Below are positions 1 through 10,833 of a stretch of DNA of 64,000 bases, piece by piece (position 1 is the stretch's first letter; every line of letters starts with the position of its first letter). A program made the position numbers and the translations under genes. A model generated the notes under the pieces. That model was not told the DNA's origin and made no database searches. It worked only from the letters and a program-made list of their open reading frames with translations. The DNA comes from Dehalococcoidia bacterium (GTDB lineage Bacteria > Chloroflexota > Dehalococcoidia > Lucifugimonadales > UBA3495), in NCBI GenBank assembly GCA_965116565.1, contig OZ220699.1, positions 2,506,858-2,570,857 on the forward strand. Direction: 5' to 3'.

Positions 1-573
1 TTCCAATCGGACTTCGAGATCCGATCCGTCCTGCGTACCTTGTTCAACTCCGATTACTTCAAGTCGGAGGAGGCGCGTTTTGCGCGCGTTAAGGGTCCGG
101 TGGAGTTGGTGGTGGGAGCCGTTCGCATGGCGGGCACTTACCAGCAGCCGACATTTGGCGCCGACCAACTGGCCCGCCAGAGCATGTACATGGGTCAGGG
201 GATCTTCCAGCCGCCCAGTGTGGAAGGTTGGCACGAAGGCGCCGAGTGGATCGACAGCGGGGCGCTGGTGGAACGCGTGAACTTCGTCGGCCAGGAACTC
301 GGCGATCCCTCTCATCCGGGCGTAAAGGCCATCATAGATCGCCTGGCCCGGGAGGGTAACGGTCTGCTATCTCCCCAGGAACAGGTGATGGGCTGCGCCG
401 ATCTGATCGGTCCCATAGAACTATCCGAGGCCACCGCTACGTCCATACGGGAGTTCGCCAACGAGCAGGGGAACGCGGATCTGAGGGATGGTTCACGCAC
501 TGAGGCTGATGACCAGCGCATCGCGAACCTCCTGCGCTTGTTGACCGCAACGCGGGAGTACCAACTCGCCTGA
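1..573 (+). CDS. DUF1800 domain protein, 5'-truncated by the window edge
   Basis: The reading frame is open from base 1. The C-terminal sequence (FNSDYFKSEEARFARVKGPVELVVG...EGWHEGAEWIDSGALVERVNF) is typical of the DUF1800 family. Confidence 0.75.
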   Translation, partial: FQSDFEIRSVLRTLFNSDYFKSEEARFARVKGPVELVVGAVRMAGTYQQPTFGADQLARQSMYMGQGIFQPPSVEGWHEGAEWIDSGALVERVNFVGQELGDPSHPGVKAIIDRLAREGNGLLSPQEQVMGCADLIGPIELSEATATSIREFANEQGNADLRDGSRTEADDQRIANLLRLLTATREYQLA

Positions 574-605
574 TCGTCGGCAGACCCATCCCACCGTGCA
601 CCAAA

Positions 606-629
606 AGGGGCGACCGACCGGTCGCCCCT
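606..629 (+). terminator. Perfect 10-bp stem / 4-nt loop hairpin after the DUF1800 gene
   Basis: AGGGGCGACC-GACC-GGTCGCCCCT. It is preceded by an A-run and has no clear T-tail on the + strand. Confidence 0.45.
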
Positions 630-652
630 AACCGAAAACAGGAGACGCCTCT

Positions 653-1687
653 ATGACAACCGCGACTGCGGTAAGTGCCGGTCCGATCGAATACGTCAAA
701 ACCATTGGCCTCACCACTAATCAGAGCGGGCGGGGTTTCATCAACCCCTACGACTGTTGCTTCACCAACGACGGTCGCATCTTGGTGCTTAACCACGCGG
801 ACGCGGCCCGCGCTGCGCTCATCCGTATCGGTGTCCTCAACTGGGATGAGGAATACCTGGGTGAATTCAGTAAGGGCACCGGCCGCGGCGAGGGCCAGTG
901 GATGCTACCTATATCGATGGCCATCAGTTCGGATCAACGCGTGCATGTCACGGACGAGCACCTGCATCGGGTCTCGGTATTCGATACGGACGGAGATTTC
1001 ATCCGGATGTGGGGTGAGAAGGGCGACGCATTGGGGCAACTCAATGGGCCAGCCGGCGTTTCCGTTGCGCCCGACGGCACCGTATACGTAGCGGAGCAGT
1101 ACAACCACCGCGTTCAGGTTTTCACCCCTGAGGGCGATCCTGTAACCCAATGGGGCGGTTTCGGCGATGGACCTGGACAATTCAACATGCCGTGGGGGGT
1201 TGGTCTGGATACGTCCGGGAACGTGTATGTGGCGGACTGGAGAAACGACCGGATCCAGAAGTTCACCGACGCCGGCCAGCACTTGGCAACTTACGGTTCG
1301 TCAGGGGTTGGCGATGGACAATTTAGCCGTCCCTCAGGCGTCTGTGTTGACTCCGGCGGGTACATCTACGTCTCCGATTGGGGCAATGAGCGGGTGCAAC
1401 TGCTCGACCCGGACGGAAACTTCGTGCAGACCCTCCGCGGCCAGGCCACCCTGTCCAAGTGGGCCCAGGATTTCATGTCGGTGAATCCCGACGAATACAA
1501 CACCCGGCAAATCGCCAATCTGGTCCCCGACTTGCCGGATCACCTTGATACTCCTTATCTCATCTCTGCGCAGACAGAGCCGTACTTCTGGGGTCCGGTA
1601 TCGCTGAGGCTCGACCCGGAGGAGCGGTTGTTCGTAGTGGAAGCCAATCGCCACCGTATCCAGGTGTACCAGCGTCGCAAGGATTGA
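653..1687 (+). CDS. NHL-repeat (six-bladed beta-propeller) protein
   Basis: Repeated NHL-like units (GxFxxPxGVxxDxxGxxYVADxxNxRIQxF). An AGGAG motif lies upstream of the ATG. Confidence 0.85.
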   Translation: MTTATAVSAGPIEYVKTIGLTTNQSGRGFINPYDCCFTNDGRILVLNHADAARAALIRIGVLNWDEEYLGEFSKGTGRGEGQWMLPISMAISSDQRVHVTDEHLHRVSVFDTDGDFIRMWGEKGDALGQLNGPAGVSVAPDGTVYVAEQYNHRVQVFTPEGDPVTQWGGFGDGPGQFNMPWGVGLDTSGNVYVADWRNDRIQKFTDAGQHLATYGSSGVGDGQFSRPSGVCVDSGGYIYVSDWGNERVQLLDPDGNFVQTLRGQATLSKWAQDFMSVNPDEYNTRQIANLVPDLPDHLDTPYLISAQTEPYFWGPVSLRLDPEERLFVVEANRHRIQVYQRRKD

Positions 1688-1694
1688 TCGACCA

Positions 1695-3128
1695 TTGTCG
1701 AATGACGATTTCATAGCCAGGATCAAGGCCATCGTTGGGGACGATTATGTAATCGATCACCGCGAAGATCTGTTGGTGTATGAGTATGACGGCTCTGTCG
1801 ACCGCTCAATGCCTCGAGCGGTCGTTCTGCCGGCCAACACCCAGGAAGTCAGTCGGGTCATGGCTTTGGCGTATGAAGCCGGCGTCACGGTTGTCGGGCG
1901 CGGCAGTGGCACCGGCCTCAGCGGCGGCGCTATCACGCCTCCCGATGGCTTGCAGATCGCATTCCCGCGAATGGACCGGATCCTCGAAGTCGACACCGTC
2001 AACCGCACCGCACTGGTTGAACCGGGCGTGATCAACCTTGACTTGGACAACCACGTTCGCAAGTTCGGAATGAGGTATGCTCCGGACCCGTCGAGCCAGC
2101 GGGCTTGCAGCTTGGGCGGGAACATCGCGGAGAATGCCGGCGGGCCTCATTGCCTGGCCTACGGTGCTACCACCAACCACGTAATCGGCATGGAGGTGGT
2201 TCTCGAAGACGGCGAGGTCGTCTACCTGGGTGGTCAGGCCCGCGAAGCAACGGGCTATGACCTGCGCGGCGCGTTCGTGGGCTCCGAGGGAACGTTCGGC
2301 ATCGCCACGCAAATCCTCGTGCGTTTATTGCCAACCCCGGAATCGGTCCGCACCTTCCTGGGGATATTCCCCGATATCGATTCCGCCTGTACCGCCGTTT
2401 CCGCGGTGATCGGATACGGGATCGTACCGGCCGCGCTCGAGATGATCGATGCACTGAGCATCAAGGCCGTACAGAACGTCACCGACGCTGGCTACCCCAA
2501 CGATGCCGGCGCTGTCTTGCTCATCGAACTGGAAGGTTTGCAGGAAGAGGTGGAGGAAGTTACCAGGGACGTCGAGTCCGCCTTGTGGGATACCGGAGCC
2601 GCCGACGTCCGGATCGCCGAGGACGACGCAGAGCGCGAACGCCTATGGGTCGGCCGCAAAACCGCGTTCGGCGCTTTCGGTACCATCGCTCCCAATTATT
2701 ACCTAGTAGACGGCGTCGTTCCCAGAACCCGGTTGACCCATATGCTGCGGAAAGTCGCCGAGGTCAGTGAGCGATACGGCATCACCATCGCCAACGTATT
2801 CCATGCCGGCGATGGCAACTTGCATCCGTGCATGCTGTTCGACGCGCGTGAGCCCGGCGTGATGGAAAATGCCATGGCCGCGGCGGCAGAGCTGATGCAG
2901 GAATGCGCTGCCTTGGGAGGCACGCTCAGCGGCGAGCACGGCATAGGCTTGGAAAAGAAGGAATTCATGCCCCTGGTATACGACCCTGAAGACATGGTCG
3001 CCATGCAACGCGTCAGAGAAGCCTTCGCTCCGCAAAACCGTCTTAATCCTGGCAAAATTTTCCCGGATGGAAGTTACTACAGGCCGGTCCCACACCCAGC
3101 GGCCCACGCTGCTGGCCTGTACGCATGA
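1695..3128 (+). CDS. glcD: Glycolate oxidase subunit GlcD (FAD-linked oxidase)
   Basis: FAD-binding PCMH domain sequence. TTG start. It is followed by glcE and glcF. Confidence 0.9.
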   Translation: MSNDDFIARIKAIVGDDYVIDHREDLLVYEYDGSVDRSMPRAVVLPANTQEVSRVMALAYEAGVTVVGRGSGTGLSGGAITPPDGLQIAFPRMDRILEVDTVNRTALVEPGVINLDLDNHVRKFGMRYAPDPSSQRACSLGGNIAENAGGPHCLAYGATTNHVIGMEVVLEDGEVVYLGGQAREATGYDLRGAFVGSEGTFGIATQILVRLLPTPESVRTFLGIFPDIDSACTAVSAVIGYGIVPAALEMIDALSIKAVQNVTDAGYPNDAGAVLLIELEGLQEEVEEVTRDVESALWDTGAADVRIAEDDAERERLWVGRKTAFGAFGTIAPNYYLVDGVVPRTRLTHMLRKVAEVSERYGITIANVFHAGDGNLHPCMLFDAREPGVMENAMAAAAELMQECAALGGTLSGEHGIGLEKKEFMPLVYDPEDMVAMQRVREAFAPQNRLNPGKIFPDGSYYRPVPHPAAHAAGLYA

Positions 3129-3131
3129 TGC

Positions 3132-4481
3132 ATGGCGGCGTTTGCTGAATCGGCCCGCGATCTCAACGAAGAATTGGGGCAGTTGCTTGGGCGAGACCGG
3201 ATCCGTGGTTCGGGCCGCCTGAACGACTACGCGATTGGCCAATTCGTCCCGATGGCGGTCGTGACCCCCCACGAGGTCGACGAAGTTTCTGCGGTGTTGA
3301 GGTGGGCCCACGATAGCGGCATTTCAGTGTATCCATCCGGGGGCCGCACTCTCATCCATCTCGGAAATTCGCCAGTAAGTCCCGGCGTCGTTCTCGATCT
3401 CACTGATTTGGACCAGTTGGTCGATTTCCAACCTGCGGACCTCACCGTTCGTGTCCAGGCCGGTATGTCCATTGCCAAACTGGACGCGGCGCTGGCGCAG
3501 GACGGCAAATACGTCCCTCTGGCGGCTCCGATGCCAGGCCGGGCTACCGTCGGTGGTACGTTGGCTACCGGAGTCAGCGGCCCGTTGCGCTCTACCTACG
3601 GGTTGCCCCGGGACTGGCTCATCGGGATGACAGTCGTCGGAAGCGATGGCGCCGTGAGCAAATGCGGCGGTCAGGTCGTCAAGAACGTTACCGGATATGA
3701 TCTGAATCGCCTGTACACCGGCTCATTGGGAACTCTTGCGGTAATCACGGAGGCGACTTTCAAGATCACTCCTGCGCCCACGGCTTGGGCCGCAATAGTC
3801 GGGGCTTTCGACAGCGATCAGACCGCGGTGGCAGCTTGCCGCGATCTCTTGTCCCAACCCTACGCTCCCCATGCGTTGCACCTTTTGAATCCCGAAGCGG
3901 CGCACCACTTACGGGGCGTCCGCTTACCGGCCGGATATGGTCCTGTGGCCATCGCCGTCGTCGCCGGCCGGCCCGCGTCCACCCGGCGCAGGGTTGAAGA
4001 TATCGCCATGGCCTGGCTGGACTCCGCCAGCACCCTGCGAATCGACGGAGAAGACGCGGTTCAAATGACGGATGCGTTGGGTGACATGCCGGTGGACCCG
4101 CACAATCCGCCCACGGTGTGCATCCGCGTGATCGCACGGCCCAGCGCTTTAGACCAGTTGATGGCGATGGGGTGTCATCAAATCGGTGGCGTCAAACCGG
4201 GCACGGTAGTTGATACTGGATTCGGAGGGGGGCGCCTGTTGTGGTGGAACGATGTTTCTGACGGAGACCCGGGCCATATCGCCGGATGCCTGCGGGATAT
4301 CCAGAGAGCGGCGACCGCGTTGGGTGGTTCCGCAATCATCGAAACATGCCCGCAAGAAGCGAAAGACCTGATCGACGTGTGGGGCCCGGAGCCCTCCGCG
4401 CTGGAAATAATGCGTCGTATCAAGCGTCAGTTCGACCCTCAGGGTGTGCTCAACCCCGGGCGTTTCGTCGGAGGATTGTGA
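3132..4481 (+). CDS. glcE: Glycolate oxidase FAD-binding subunit GlcE
   Basis: FAD-binding oxidase homology. It sits between glcD and glcF, and its stop overlaps the glcF ATG (TGATG). Confidence 0.85.
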   Translation: MAAFAESARDLNEELGQLLGRDRIRGSGRLNDYAIGQFVPMAVVTPHEVDEVSAVLRWAHDSGISVYPSGGRTLIHLGNSPVSPGVVLDLTDLDQLVDFQPADLTVRVQAGMSIAKLDAALAQDGKYVPLAAPMPGRATVGGTLATGVSGPLRSTYGLPRDWLIGMTVVGSDGAVSKCGGQVVKNVTGYDLNRLYTGSLGTLAVITEATFKITPAPTAWAAIVGAFDSDQTAVAACRDLLSQPYAPHALHLLNPEAAHHLRGVRLPAGYGPVAIAVVAGRPASTRRRVEDIAMAWLDSASTLRIDGEDAVQMTDALGDMPVDPHNPPTVCIRVIARPSALDQLMAMGCHQIGGVKPGTVVDTGFGGGRLLWWNDVSDGDPGHIAGCLRDIQRAATALGGSAIIETCPQEAKDLIDVWGPEPSALEIMRRIKRQFDPQGVLNPGRFVGGL

Positions 4482-5881
4482 TGGTCAACAGCGCGAATTC
4501 TGGCGTCGAGGAATTTCAGCACGCCGGCGGTGGGATCGACGCGGGCCACGGTTTCCCTTACGGAGTTCCGTTCGAGGGGTCCCTGAACGATGGGCCCGGT
4601 TTCGCGGGTGTTGATGCTCCGACTGAAGCGGATATGTACCGTTGCGTCCATTGCGGGTTGTGCCTCAGCTCTTGCCCCACCTATGTGGAGACTCGGCTGG
4701 AAACCGAATCGCCCAGAGGCCGCATCGCTTTGATGAAAGCGGTCCATGAGGGGAGAACCGGCATCAGCGATCGCTTGGTCTCCCATTGGGAACTGTGCCT
4801 GCAATGCCGGGCCTGCGAGGCGGTATGTCCATCCGGGGTTCCGTACGGGCGGCTCATGGAGCATACCCGTGCGCAAGTGCGCGAGAATGGCCTGCAAAGC
4901 CCTCAGTTGAATCGCTTGTCGCGACTCTTCCTCCGGGCCGCGCTGCCACATAATCGTCGGCTCCGGCTCGCCGGTCAGATAATGCGGATCTACCAGAGAT
5001 CCGGCCTCCAGCGACTCGTGCGAAGCTCCGGAATCTTGAAAGCTCTGCCCGGCGATTTGGGTGTTATGGAAAGTCAGATGCCCGTGATGGGAGATAGGTT
5101 CTTCGCTCCCAGCCGTGGCGCTTTTCGTGCGGACGGGGAGCGACGCTTGACCGTCGGTCTCCTGTCCGGTTGCGTCATGCCGATGATGCAGGGAGACGCC
5201 ATGCGCGCCGCGGTGCGTGTGTTGCAGCGAAACGGTTGCGAGGTGGTAACCCCGACCGGCCAAGGATGTTGCGGCGCCCTCAACCTCCACGCCGGTGATC
5301 TGGACGTCGGCAGGCAGATGGCCCGGAGAAACATAGACGCGTTCCGCGCCGCCGGCGTTGATGTGATTGTGACCGCGTCGGCCGGCTGTGGCTCCTCGAT
5401 GAAAGAGTATGCAGATCTGCTACGCGACGACCCCGAATACTCGGCTGCCGCCCGTGAGTTTGCCGACCAAACACGTGACGTCACCGAATTCCTGGCGGAA
5501 CTGCCATTGGATCCGCCAAGGGCGGATCTGCCATGGTCAGTGACCATGCAGGATCCGTGCCATCTCGCCCACGCCCAGCGAATCACCGAAGCCCCGCGAA
5601 AGGTGCTGACCAGCATCCCGGGGTTGCAACTGCTGGAAATGGCGGAATCATCCCTGTGCTGCGGGTCCGCGGGATTTTACTCCCTGATCCAGAGCGATAT
5701 GTCCCAACGGTTGCAGACCAGAAAAATTGGAAATGCGCTGGCGACCGGCGCTTCGATCATTGCCTCCGCAAATCCCGGTTGCATGGCCCAACTGGACCAG
5801 GGTTTGCGCAACGCCGGCGCGGACACCCGGGTCATGCACGTCGTGGAGATACTCGACGCCGCCTACCAGAAAGAAGGCTAG
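4481..5881 (+). CDS. glcF: Glycolate oxidase iron-sulfur subunit GlcF
   Basis: Two 4Fe-4S motifs (CVHCGLCLSSCP, CLQCRACEAVCP) plus CCG domains. The ATG at 4481 overlaps the glcE stop, so the ORF-track start at 4286 was rejected. Confidence 0.85.
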   Translation: MVNSANSGVEEFQHAGGGIDAGHGFPYGVPFEGSLNDGPGFAGVDAPTEADMYRCVHCGLCLSSCPTYVETRLETESPRGRIALMKAVHEGRTGISDRLVSHWELCLQCRACEAVCPSGVPYGRLMEHTRAQVRENGLQSPQLNRLSRLFLRAALPHNRRLRLAGQIMRIYQRSGLQRLVRSSGILKALPGDLGVMESQMPVMGDRFFAPSRGAFRADGERRLTVGLLSGCVMPMMQGDAMRAAVRVLQRNGCEVVTPTGQGCCGALNLHAGDLDVGRQMARRNIDAFRAAGVDVIVTASAGCGSSMKEYADLLRDDPEYSAAAREFADQTRDVTEFLAELPLDPPRADLPWSVTMQDPCHLAHAQRITEAPRKVLTSIPGLQLLEMAESSLCCGSAGFYSLIQSDMSQRLQTRKIGNALATGASIIASANPGCMAQLDQGLRNAGADTRVMHVVEILDAAYQKEG

Positions 5882-6010
5882 CCTCCCTTAATTCGACCGG
5901 TCGCCCGCCGACGGTTGAGGACGTCGCCATGGCTAGTGCGGGTGTTCAAAGGTAAGGGCACGCCGCTACCAGCGATCAAACGCAGATGAGCTAACCCGCT
6001 GGGTTACGCA

Positions 6011-7213
6011 TCAGTCGGCGAAGGTGTTGGCGGCGAAGCTCCGCTGCGCCGCCGCGACGCTCGCGCCGAAAGCCACCTCGTAACCGGAATCAGCCAGGAT
6101 CATTTCGAGCGCTGACAGCACGGACAACACGCTGCTTTCCCGCGCTCCCTCGCCCATCATACCGATTCGCCAAACTCGGTTGCGAAACTCGCCAAGGCCT
6201 CCGCTTACTTCGATGTTGAACTCGTTCAGCAGCCTCCCGCGCACCGCCGCCTCGTCGATCCCGTCGGGAGACTTGACCACCGTAATCGGGTTCAACTGGT
6301 AGTCCTCGGCAGTGGCCAATTCCAAGCCCATGGCCGACAACCCGGCCCGCAAGCCCGCAGATACGTGGGCGTGCCGCGCGTGGCGTTCCTCGATCCCCTC
6401 CTCCATCATCATCCTGAGCGATTCGCGCATCGCGTACGTCATGGTTATGGGGCTGGTGTGGTGGTAGACGCGCTGAGTCTCGTTCCAGTACTCGGCAACG
6501 CCCTGGAGGTTGAAATAGAAACTCTCTACCCGTGTGGAACGCTTGTTGATGGCGTCCGTGGCGCGTTCTCCGAAGCTGACGGGCGCGAGGCCCGGAGGCG
6601 CTCCGAGGCATTTCTGGCTGGCGCTGTAGCACACGTCGATATCCCAGTCGTCCACCCGGACTTCATGGCTGCCCAGCGACGTTACCGCGTCGACCACCAC
6701 CAGAGCGCCATAGCGGTGCGCCAACTCTATCGCGTCCTGCAACGGAGTGAGGGCTCCCGTCGATGTTTCGGCGTGCACCAAACCTACCATTTTGGTCCCT
6801 GGATTGGTGTTCAGGGCGTGCTCCAGGGCATTGAGGTCCGCAGGCTCTCCCCAGGGAGAGTCCACCATGATCGTGTTCGCCCCGCATCGCTCGGCGATGT
6901 CAGCCAACCGCACGCCGAAGTAACCATTGCGGCACACGATGGCGGTATCGCCCCGCTCCAGCACGTTCACACACGCCGTTTCCATTGCGCCGGTGCCCGT
7001 CGCCGAAATTGGCATCGTCACATAGTTCTCGGTGTGGAACACCTGCCGCAGCATTTCGCAAACCTCGTCCATGATCTGGAAGAACAGGGGGTCGAGGTGG
7101 CCTACCACCGGCTGCGTCATCGCACGCAACACCCGGGGGTGGACTGTGCAGGGGCCCGCGCCCAGGAGTAAACGGTTAGGTGCTTCGAATTCCTCTAGGT
7201 ATGACTCGCTCAC
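6011..7213 (-). CDS. Class-V aminotransferase (alanine-glyoxylate / serine-pyruvate type)
   Basis: AGXT-like sequence with the SASQKCLGAPPG PLP-lysine region. GTG start preceded by GGAG. Confidence 0.9.
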   Translation of the reverse strand: MSESYLEEFEAPNRLLLGAGPCTVHPRVLRAMTQPVVGHLDPLFFQIMDEVCEMLRQVFHTENYVTMPISATGTGAMETACVNVLERGDTAIVCRNGYFGVRLADIAERCGANTIMVDSPWGEPADLNALEHALNTNPGTKMVGLVHAETSTGALTPLQDAIELAHRYGALVVVDAVTSLGSHEVRVDDWDIDVCYSASQKCLGAPPGLAPVSFGERATDAINKRSTRVESFYFNLQGVAEYWNETQRVYHHTSPITMTYAMRESLRMMMEEGIEERHARHAHVSAGLRAGLSAMGLELATAEDYQLNPITVVKSPDGIDEAAVRGRLLNEFNIEVSGGLGEFRNRVWRIGMMGEGARESSVLSVLSALEMILADSGYEVAFGASVAAAQRSFAANTFAD

Positions 7214-7258
7214 TGTGCTCTCCGTCTTTGGAATCTCTGCATGTCGGGGGCGGTCAGA

Positions 7259-8056
7259 CTAAACCACCGCTGAAGCTCCGCCATCTATGTTGATGGCCAC
7301 TCCCGTCAGGTAGCTGGCTCGTTCCGATGCCAGGAACGCGATGACGTCTCCGGCCTCGGCGCCTTCCCCTACCCGCCCCAGCGGCACTCCTCGGCCGTTC
7401 GCCAGTTGCGCGTAGAAGTCGTCGGGATCCAGGTCAGGTTCGTTGATGATCCGAGCGTCATATCGGCGTTGATGCTGACCGCTCTTTATGAGGCCGATGC
7501 ACACGGTGTTGACCAGGATATTGTCGGACGCGAGGTCTTTCGACAGCCCCTTGGTGATCGCAATTCCCGCTGCGCGAGAAATTGACGTGGGCATGGAGTT
7601 GGCGCCTGGCGTCCGGCCCCCCAAGTTGGTCACGTTGATTACGCGACCGCCTCCCACTTTCCGCATTTCAGGTATAGACGCCCGAATCAGGCGGACCGCG
7701 CCCCAAACTTTGAGCTCGAAATCAAACTCCCAGTCGTCGTCGCTGACGTCCTCAAACCCTTTTGCCATGGACGTGCCGGCGTTATTGACCAGGATGTCAA
7801 CTCGGCCATATCTCTCCACTGCGGTGTTCACCACATGTGCGGCCGTCGCCTTGTCCGTCACGTCAGCAGATAGAGGCAGGACCTCTCCCTCCGTGGCGGT
7901 GCGGATTTCGTCAGCCGCAGCGTCCAGCACATCCTGACGGCGGGCCACGATGATAACGTTTGCGCCTTCGCCGGCCATTCGTAAGGCGGCCGCTTTGCCG
8001 ATGCCTTCGCTGCCGCCCGTTACTATTGCTACCTTCCCGTCCAGTCCCAACTCCAT
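7259..8056 (-). CDS. SDR-family oxidoreductase
   Basis: TGGSEGIGKA Rossmann motif right after the internal Met (MELGLDGKVAIVTGG). The longer ORF-track N-terminus is unlikely. Confidence 0.85.
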   Translation of the reverse strand: MELGLDGKVAIVTGGSEGIGKAAALRMAGEGANVIIVARRQDVLDAAADEIRTATEGEVLPLSADVTDKATAAHVVNTAVERYGRVDILVNNAGTSMAKGFEDVSDDDWEFDFELKVWGAVRLIRASIPEMRKVGGGRVINVTNLGGRTPGANSMPTSISRAAGIAITKGLSKDLASDNILVNTVCIGLIKSGQHQRRYDARIINEPDLDPDDFYAQLANGRGVPLGRVGEGAEAGDVIAFLASERASYLTGVAINIDGGASAVV

Positions 8057-8151
8057 CGCTCGCCTCCTTGGAAAACCCCGGATCACGTGACGGTATCCGA
8101 GCATAAACATGTCGATAACCGCCGCCGATTATAGCACAGGCTCCCTGTCGC

Positions 8152-9000
8152 CTACTCAGATCTGACGCCCTCAACCCCCCAGGATCCCGCGTCGTTGCAG
8201 GTTGCCAACATGTCGTCCAACGCGTGCTTTTCCGCTTGGGAGACCGTCAATTCCCACTGTTGTTTGACGGAGATCCAGTCGATTGCGTATCGGCACCAGC
8301 CCGCGGGATGCTCGGGTCTCCATTGGTCGGGCGGCTTCTTGCCCTTGGAGCGATTCACAGTGGCGCTCGTCGCCTGCAGGCTGTTCGGGTTGGTCAGGTC
8401 GTTGGCGTAGGCACGTTTGCGGTCCTCGTCCCAGCGCCAGCCACCGGAGACGTGGGCATGCCCCAGCGGCACATGATGATCCACATCCACGTCCGACGCA
8501 TCAGCAAAGGCCTCGCCCGACCATGGCCCGATCCATTCGCCGCCGGTCACCCTGCACCGATCATTGGTGGCAAATGAAATGGTCTCCAAGCTTTCGGCGA
8601 TCAGCACCTCGGCGCGCGTATCCTGACAATCTTGGTCGAAGTCTATCCAATGCCTCCAATCGCTGCGGTCATATTCGATTTCACTCCCCCGCTCGGCAAC
8701 CGTCAGGCTCTCAAGTGCGGCAACCGCCACTCCCACATCCGATCCTGGGCGTAATGTGGTTGGAGTCGGATAGGTGGATACTGGCCGGTCCAGGTCCACA
8801 GCCTTGGCAACATCGTCGCTGATTTTGCGAGCCGCGTCTGCAACGCCGCTCCATGCATCACAAGCCAGTGTCGCGACCACGACCAGCGCCAGCCATAGCC
8901 CGATTCGGGCAACGGCTCCTAGACCCGACGATTTCAGGACCCGATGCCCTCGCGTCCCGCTACGGATGGGACATCCTTGTCGCCGCGGCCGCTCAAACAC
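8152..9000 (-). CDS. DUF1524/HNH-type nuclease with an N-terminal hydrophobic segment
   Basis: [14 protein letters not shown]...[14 protein letters not shown] motif (GmrSD C-terminal-like). Hydrophobic stretch [17 protein letters not shown]. The start is uncertain; a GTG at 9000 would overlap the trpB 3' end. Confidence 0.7.
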   Translation of the reverse strand: MFERPRRQGCPIRSGTRGHRVLKSSGLGAVARIGLWLALVVVATLACDAWSGVADAARKISDDVAKAVDLDRPVSTYPTPTTLRPGSDVGVAVAALESLTVAERGSEIEYDRSDWRHWIDFDQDCQDTRAEVLIAESLETISFATNDRCRVTGGEWIGPWSGEAFADASDVDVDHHVPLGHAHVSGGWRWDEDRKRAYANDLTNPNSLQATSATVNRSKGKKPPDQWRPEHPAGWCRYAIDWISVKQQWELTVSQAEKHALDDMLATCNDAGSWGVEGVRSE

Positions 9001-10148
9001 ACCAAGACAATGTCGTCCGATGACATGCTGGCCGCCATCCGGCTCACGTGATAGATGGCGTGGGCTGATTCCAATGCGGGAATTATGCCCTCTGTCCTGC
9101 AAAGCAGGCGGAATCCCTCGAGAGCCTCGTCATCGGTCACTGCCAGATACTCAGCCCGTCCCGTAGCTTTCAGCCAGCTATGCTCCGGACCAACGCCCGG
9201 GTAGTCCAGACCGGCGGAGATGCTGTGCGCTTCCTGAATCAGGCCGTTTTCGTCTTGCAACAGGTACGACATGGAGCCGTGCAAAACGCCCGGCCGGCCG
9301 GCGGACAACGTGGCGGAGTGGCGTCCGGTTTCAACCCCTTCACCGGCGGCCTCCACCCCCACCAAACTTACGCCAGGGTCAGCAATGAATTCGTAGAACG
9401 TTCCGATGGCGTTGCTGCCACCTCCAACGCAAGCGGATACCACGTCGGGCAACCTGCCCTCGGTTTCAAGGATCTGTGCCCGGGCCTCACGACCGATCAC
9501 CGATTGAAAGTCTCTCACCAGCATCGGGTACGGATGCGGCCCAACTACGCTGCCAATCAGGTAGTGTGTCGTTTCAACGTTCGTTACCCAATCGCGGATC
9601 GCTTCGTTGATGGCATCTTTCAGGGTTCGCGTTCCGGATTCAACGGGAATTACTTCGGCTCCAAGCAAGCGCATTCGGTAAACGTTGAGCGATTGGCGCA
9701 CCGTGTCCTCCTCGCCCATGTACACGATGCACTGCAACCCCAGCATGGCGCACACTGTTGCCGTCGCGACTCCGTGCTGCCCCGCGCCCGTCTCGGCGAT
9801 GATGCGTTGCTTGCCCATCCTCTGGGCGAGCAGGCATTGGCCCAGCGCGTTGTTGATCTTGTGCGCTCCGGTGTGCGCCAGGTCCTCGCGCTTGAGGTAG
9901 ATGCGAGCGCCCCCGCAGTGTCTGGTCAGATTCTCTGCGAAATAGAGCGCGGTGGGACGGCCTGCGTAGTTCCGCATCAGATGGCTCAATTGCTCAGCAA
10001 AACCGGCATCATCCTGCGCCGCCCGGTACGCGATTTCCAGCTCATCGAGCGCGGCCATCACGGTTTCGGGCACGAATTTTCCGCCGAAATCGCCGAACCG
10101 TCCCCGCTCGTCCGGCAGTTTAGTTTCGCTCGTGGCTACCATAGTCAA
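8934..10148 (-). CDS. trpB: Tryptophan synthase beta chain
   Basis: Strong full-length TrpB sequence ([17 protein letters not shown]). Confidence 0.95.
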   Translation of the reverse strand: MTMVATSETKLPDERGRFGDFGGKFVPETVMAALDELEIAYRAAQDDAGFAEQLSHLMRNYAGRPTALYFAENLTRHCGGARIYLKREDLAHTGAHKINNALGQCLLAQRMGKQRIIAETGAGQHGVATATVCAMLGLQCIVYMGEEDTVRQSLNVYRMRLLGAEVIPVESGTRTLKDAINEAIRDWVTNVETTHYLIGSVVGPHPYPMLVRDFQSVIGREARAQILETEGRLPDVVSACVGGGSNAIGTFYEFIADPGVSLVGVEAAGEGVETGRHSATLSAGRPGVLHGSMSYLLQDENGLIQEAHSISAGLDYPGVGPEHSWLKATGRAEYLAVTDDEALEGFRLLCRTEGIIPALESAHAIYHVSRMAASMSSDDIVLVCLSGRGDKDVPSVAGREGIGS

Positions 10149-10828
10149 CTCACCTCGGTTGCGCGGTTGCTCCGTTTCGCGTTGGCGACGAAATCTCGTA
10201 TCTTTCCGTGGTCTTTCTCGCCGTTGGTCTCTACCCCACTGGATACGTCCACTCCCCAGGGCATGGAAACGGCGACCGCCTCCGCTACGTTTTCCGGCGT
10301 CAATCCGCCGGCCAACAGGAATCGTCGGCCCGACGCTGACAGTCGGCCCGCAACGGTCCAGTCAAATGACTGTCCGGTGCCCCCGTGCAGACCGGGAACC
10401 TGGCTGTCGAGCGTTACGACGCAGCCCGCCTCCGCGTACGCGTCCATTTGGCTGCCTAAGACTTCGACCGTCCTCGCATCCGTTTCTTGAGGCATGTGAA
10501 GCACTTTGATCACCCGCGCGCGATCTCGTACCCGTTTGCAGTACTCCAGGGATTCTTCGCCGCACAACTGTGCATATTCCAGTCCGGCGTCCCGAATTAT
10601 ATCCATCACGTCCTGCAAAGGTTGGTCCCCGAAAAGACCGACCGAGTGCAGCGTATCCGACCCCGACTCCCGGCAGCCGTCTGTTATGGACCTTGCCTGA
10701 ATTGGTTCAACCCGGCGCCGCCTGCCCGGAACGAACACGATGCCCAAGTAGTCCGCACCGGCTCTGGCGACAAACAGAGCGTCCTCAACACTCCGGACGC
10801 CGCAAATTTTTACGAGCGGGGTTGACAA
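10145..10828 (-). CDS. trpF: Phosphoribosylanthranilate isomerase
   Basis: PRAI sequence (VKICGV...). 4-nt overlap with the trpB start. Confidence 0.9.
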   Translation of the reverse strand: MSTPLVKICGVRSVEDALFVARAGADYLGIVFVPGRRRRVEPIQARSITDGCRESGSDTLHSVGLFGDQPLQDVMDIIRDAGLEYAQLCGEESLEYCKRVRDRARVIKVLHMPQETDARTVEVLGSQMDAYAEAGCVVTLDSQVPGLHGGTGQSFDWTVAGRLSASGRRFLLAGGLTPENVAEAVAVSMPWGVDVSSGVETNGEKDHGKIRDFVANAKRSNRATEVS

Positions 10829-10833
10829 CGGTT

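Noticed and set aside
9180-10490. 436-aa ORF on the plus strand.
   Set aside because: It is a shadow ORF antisense to trpB and trpF.
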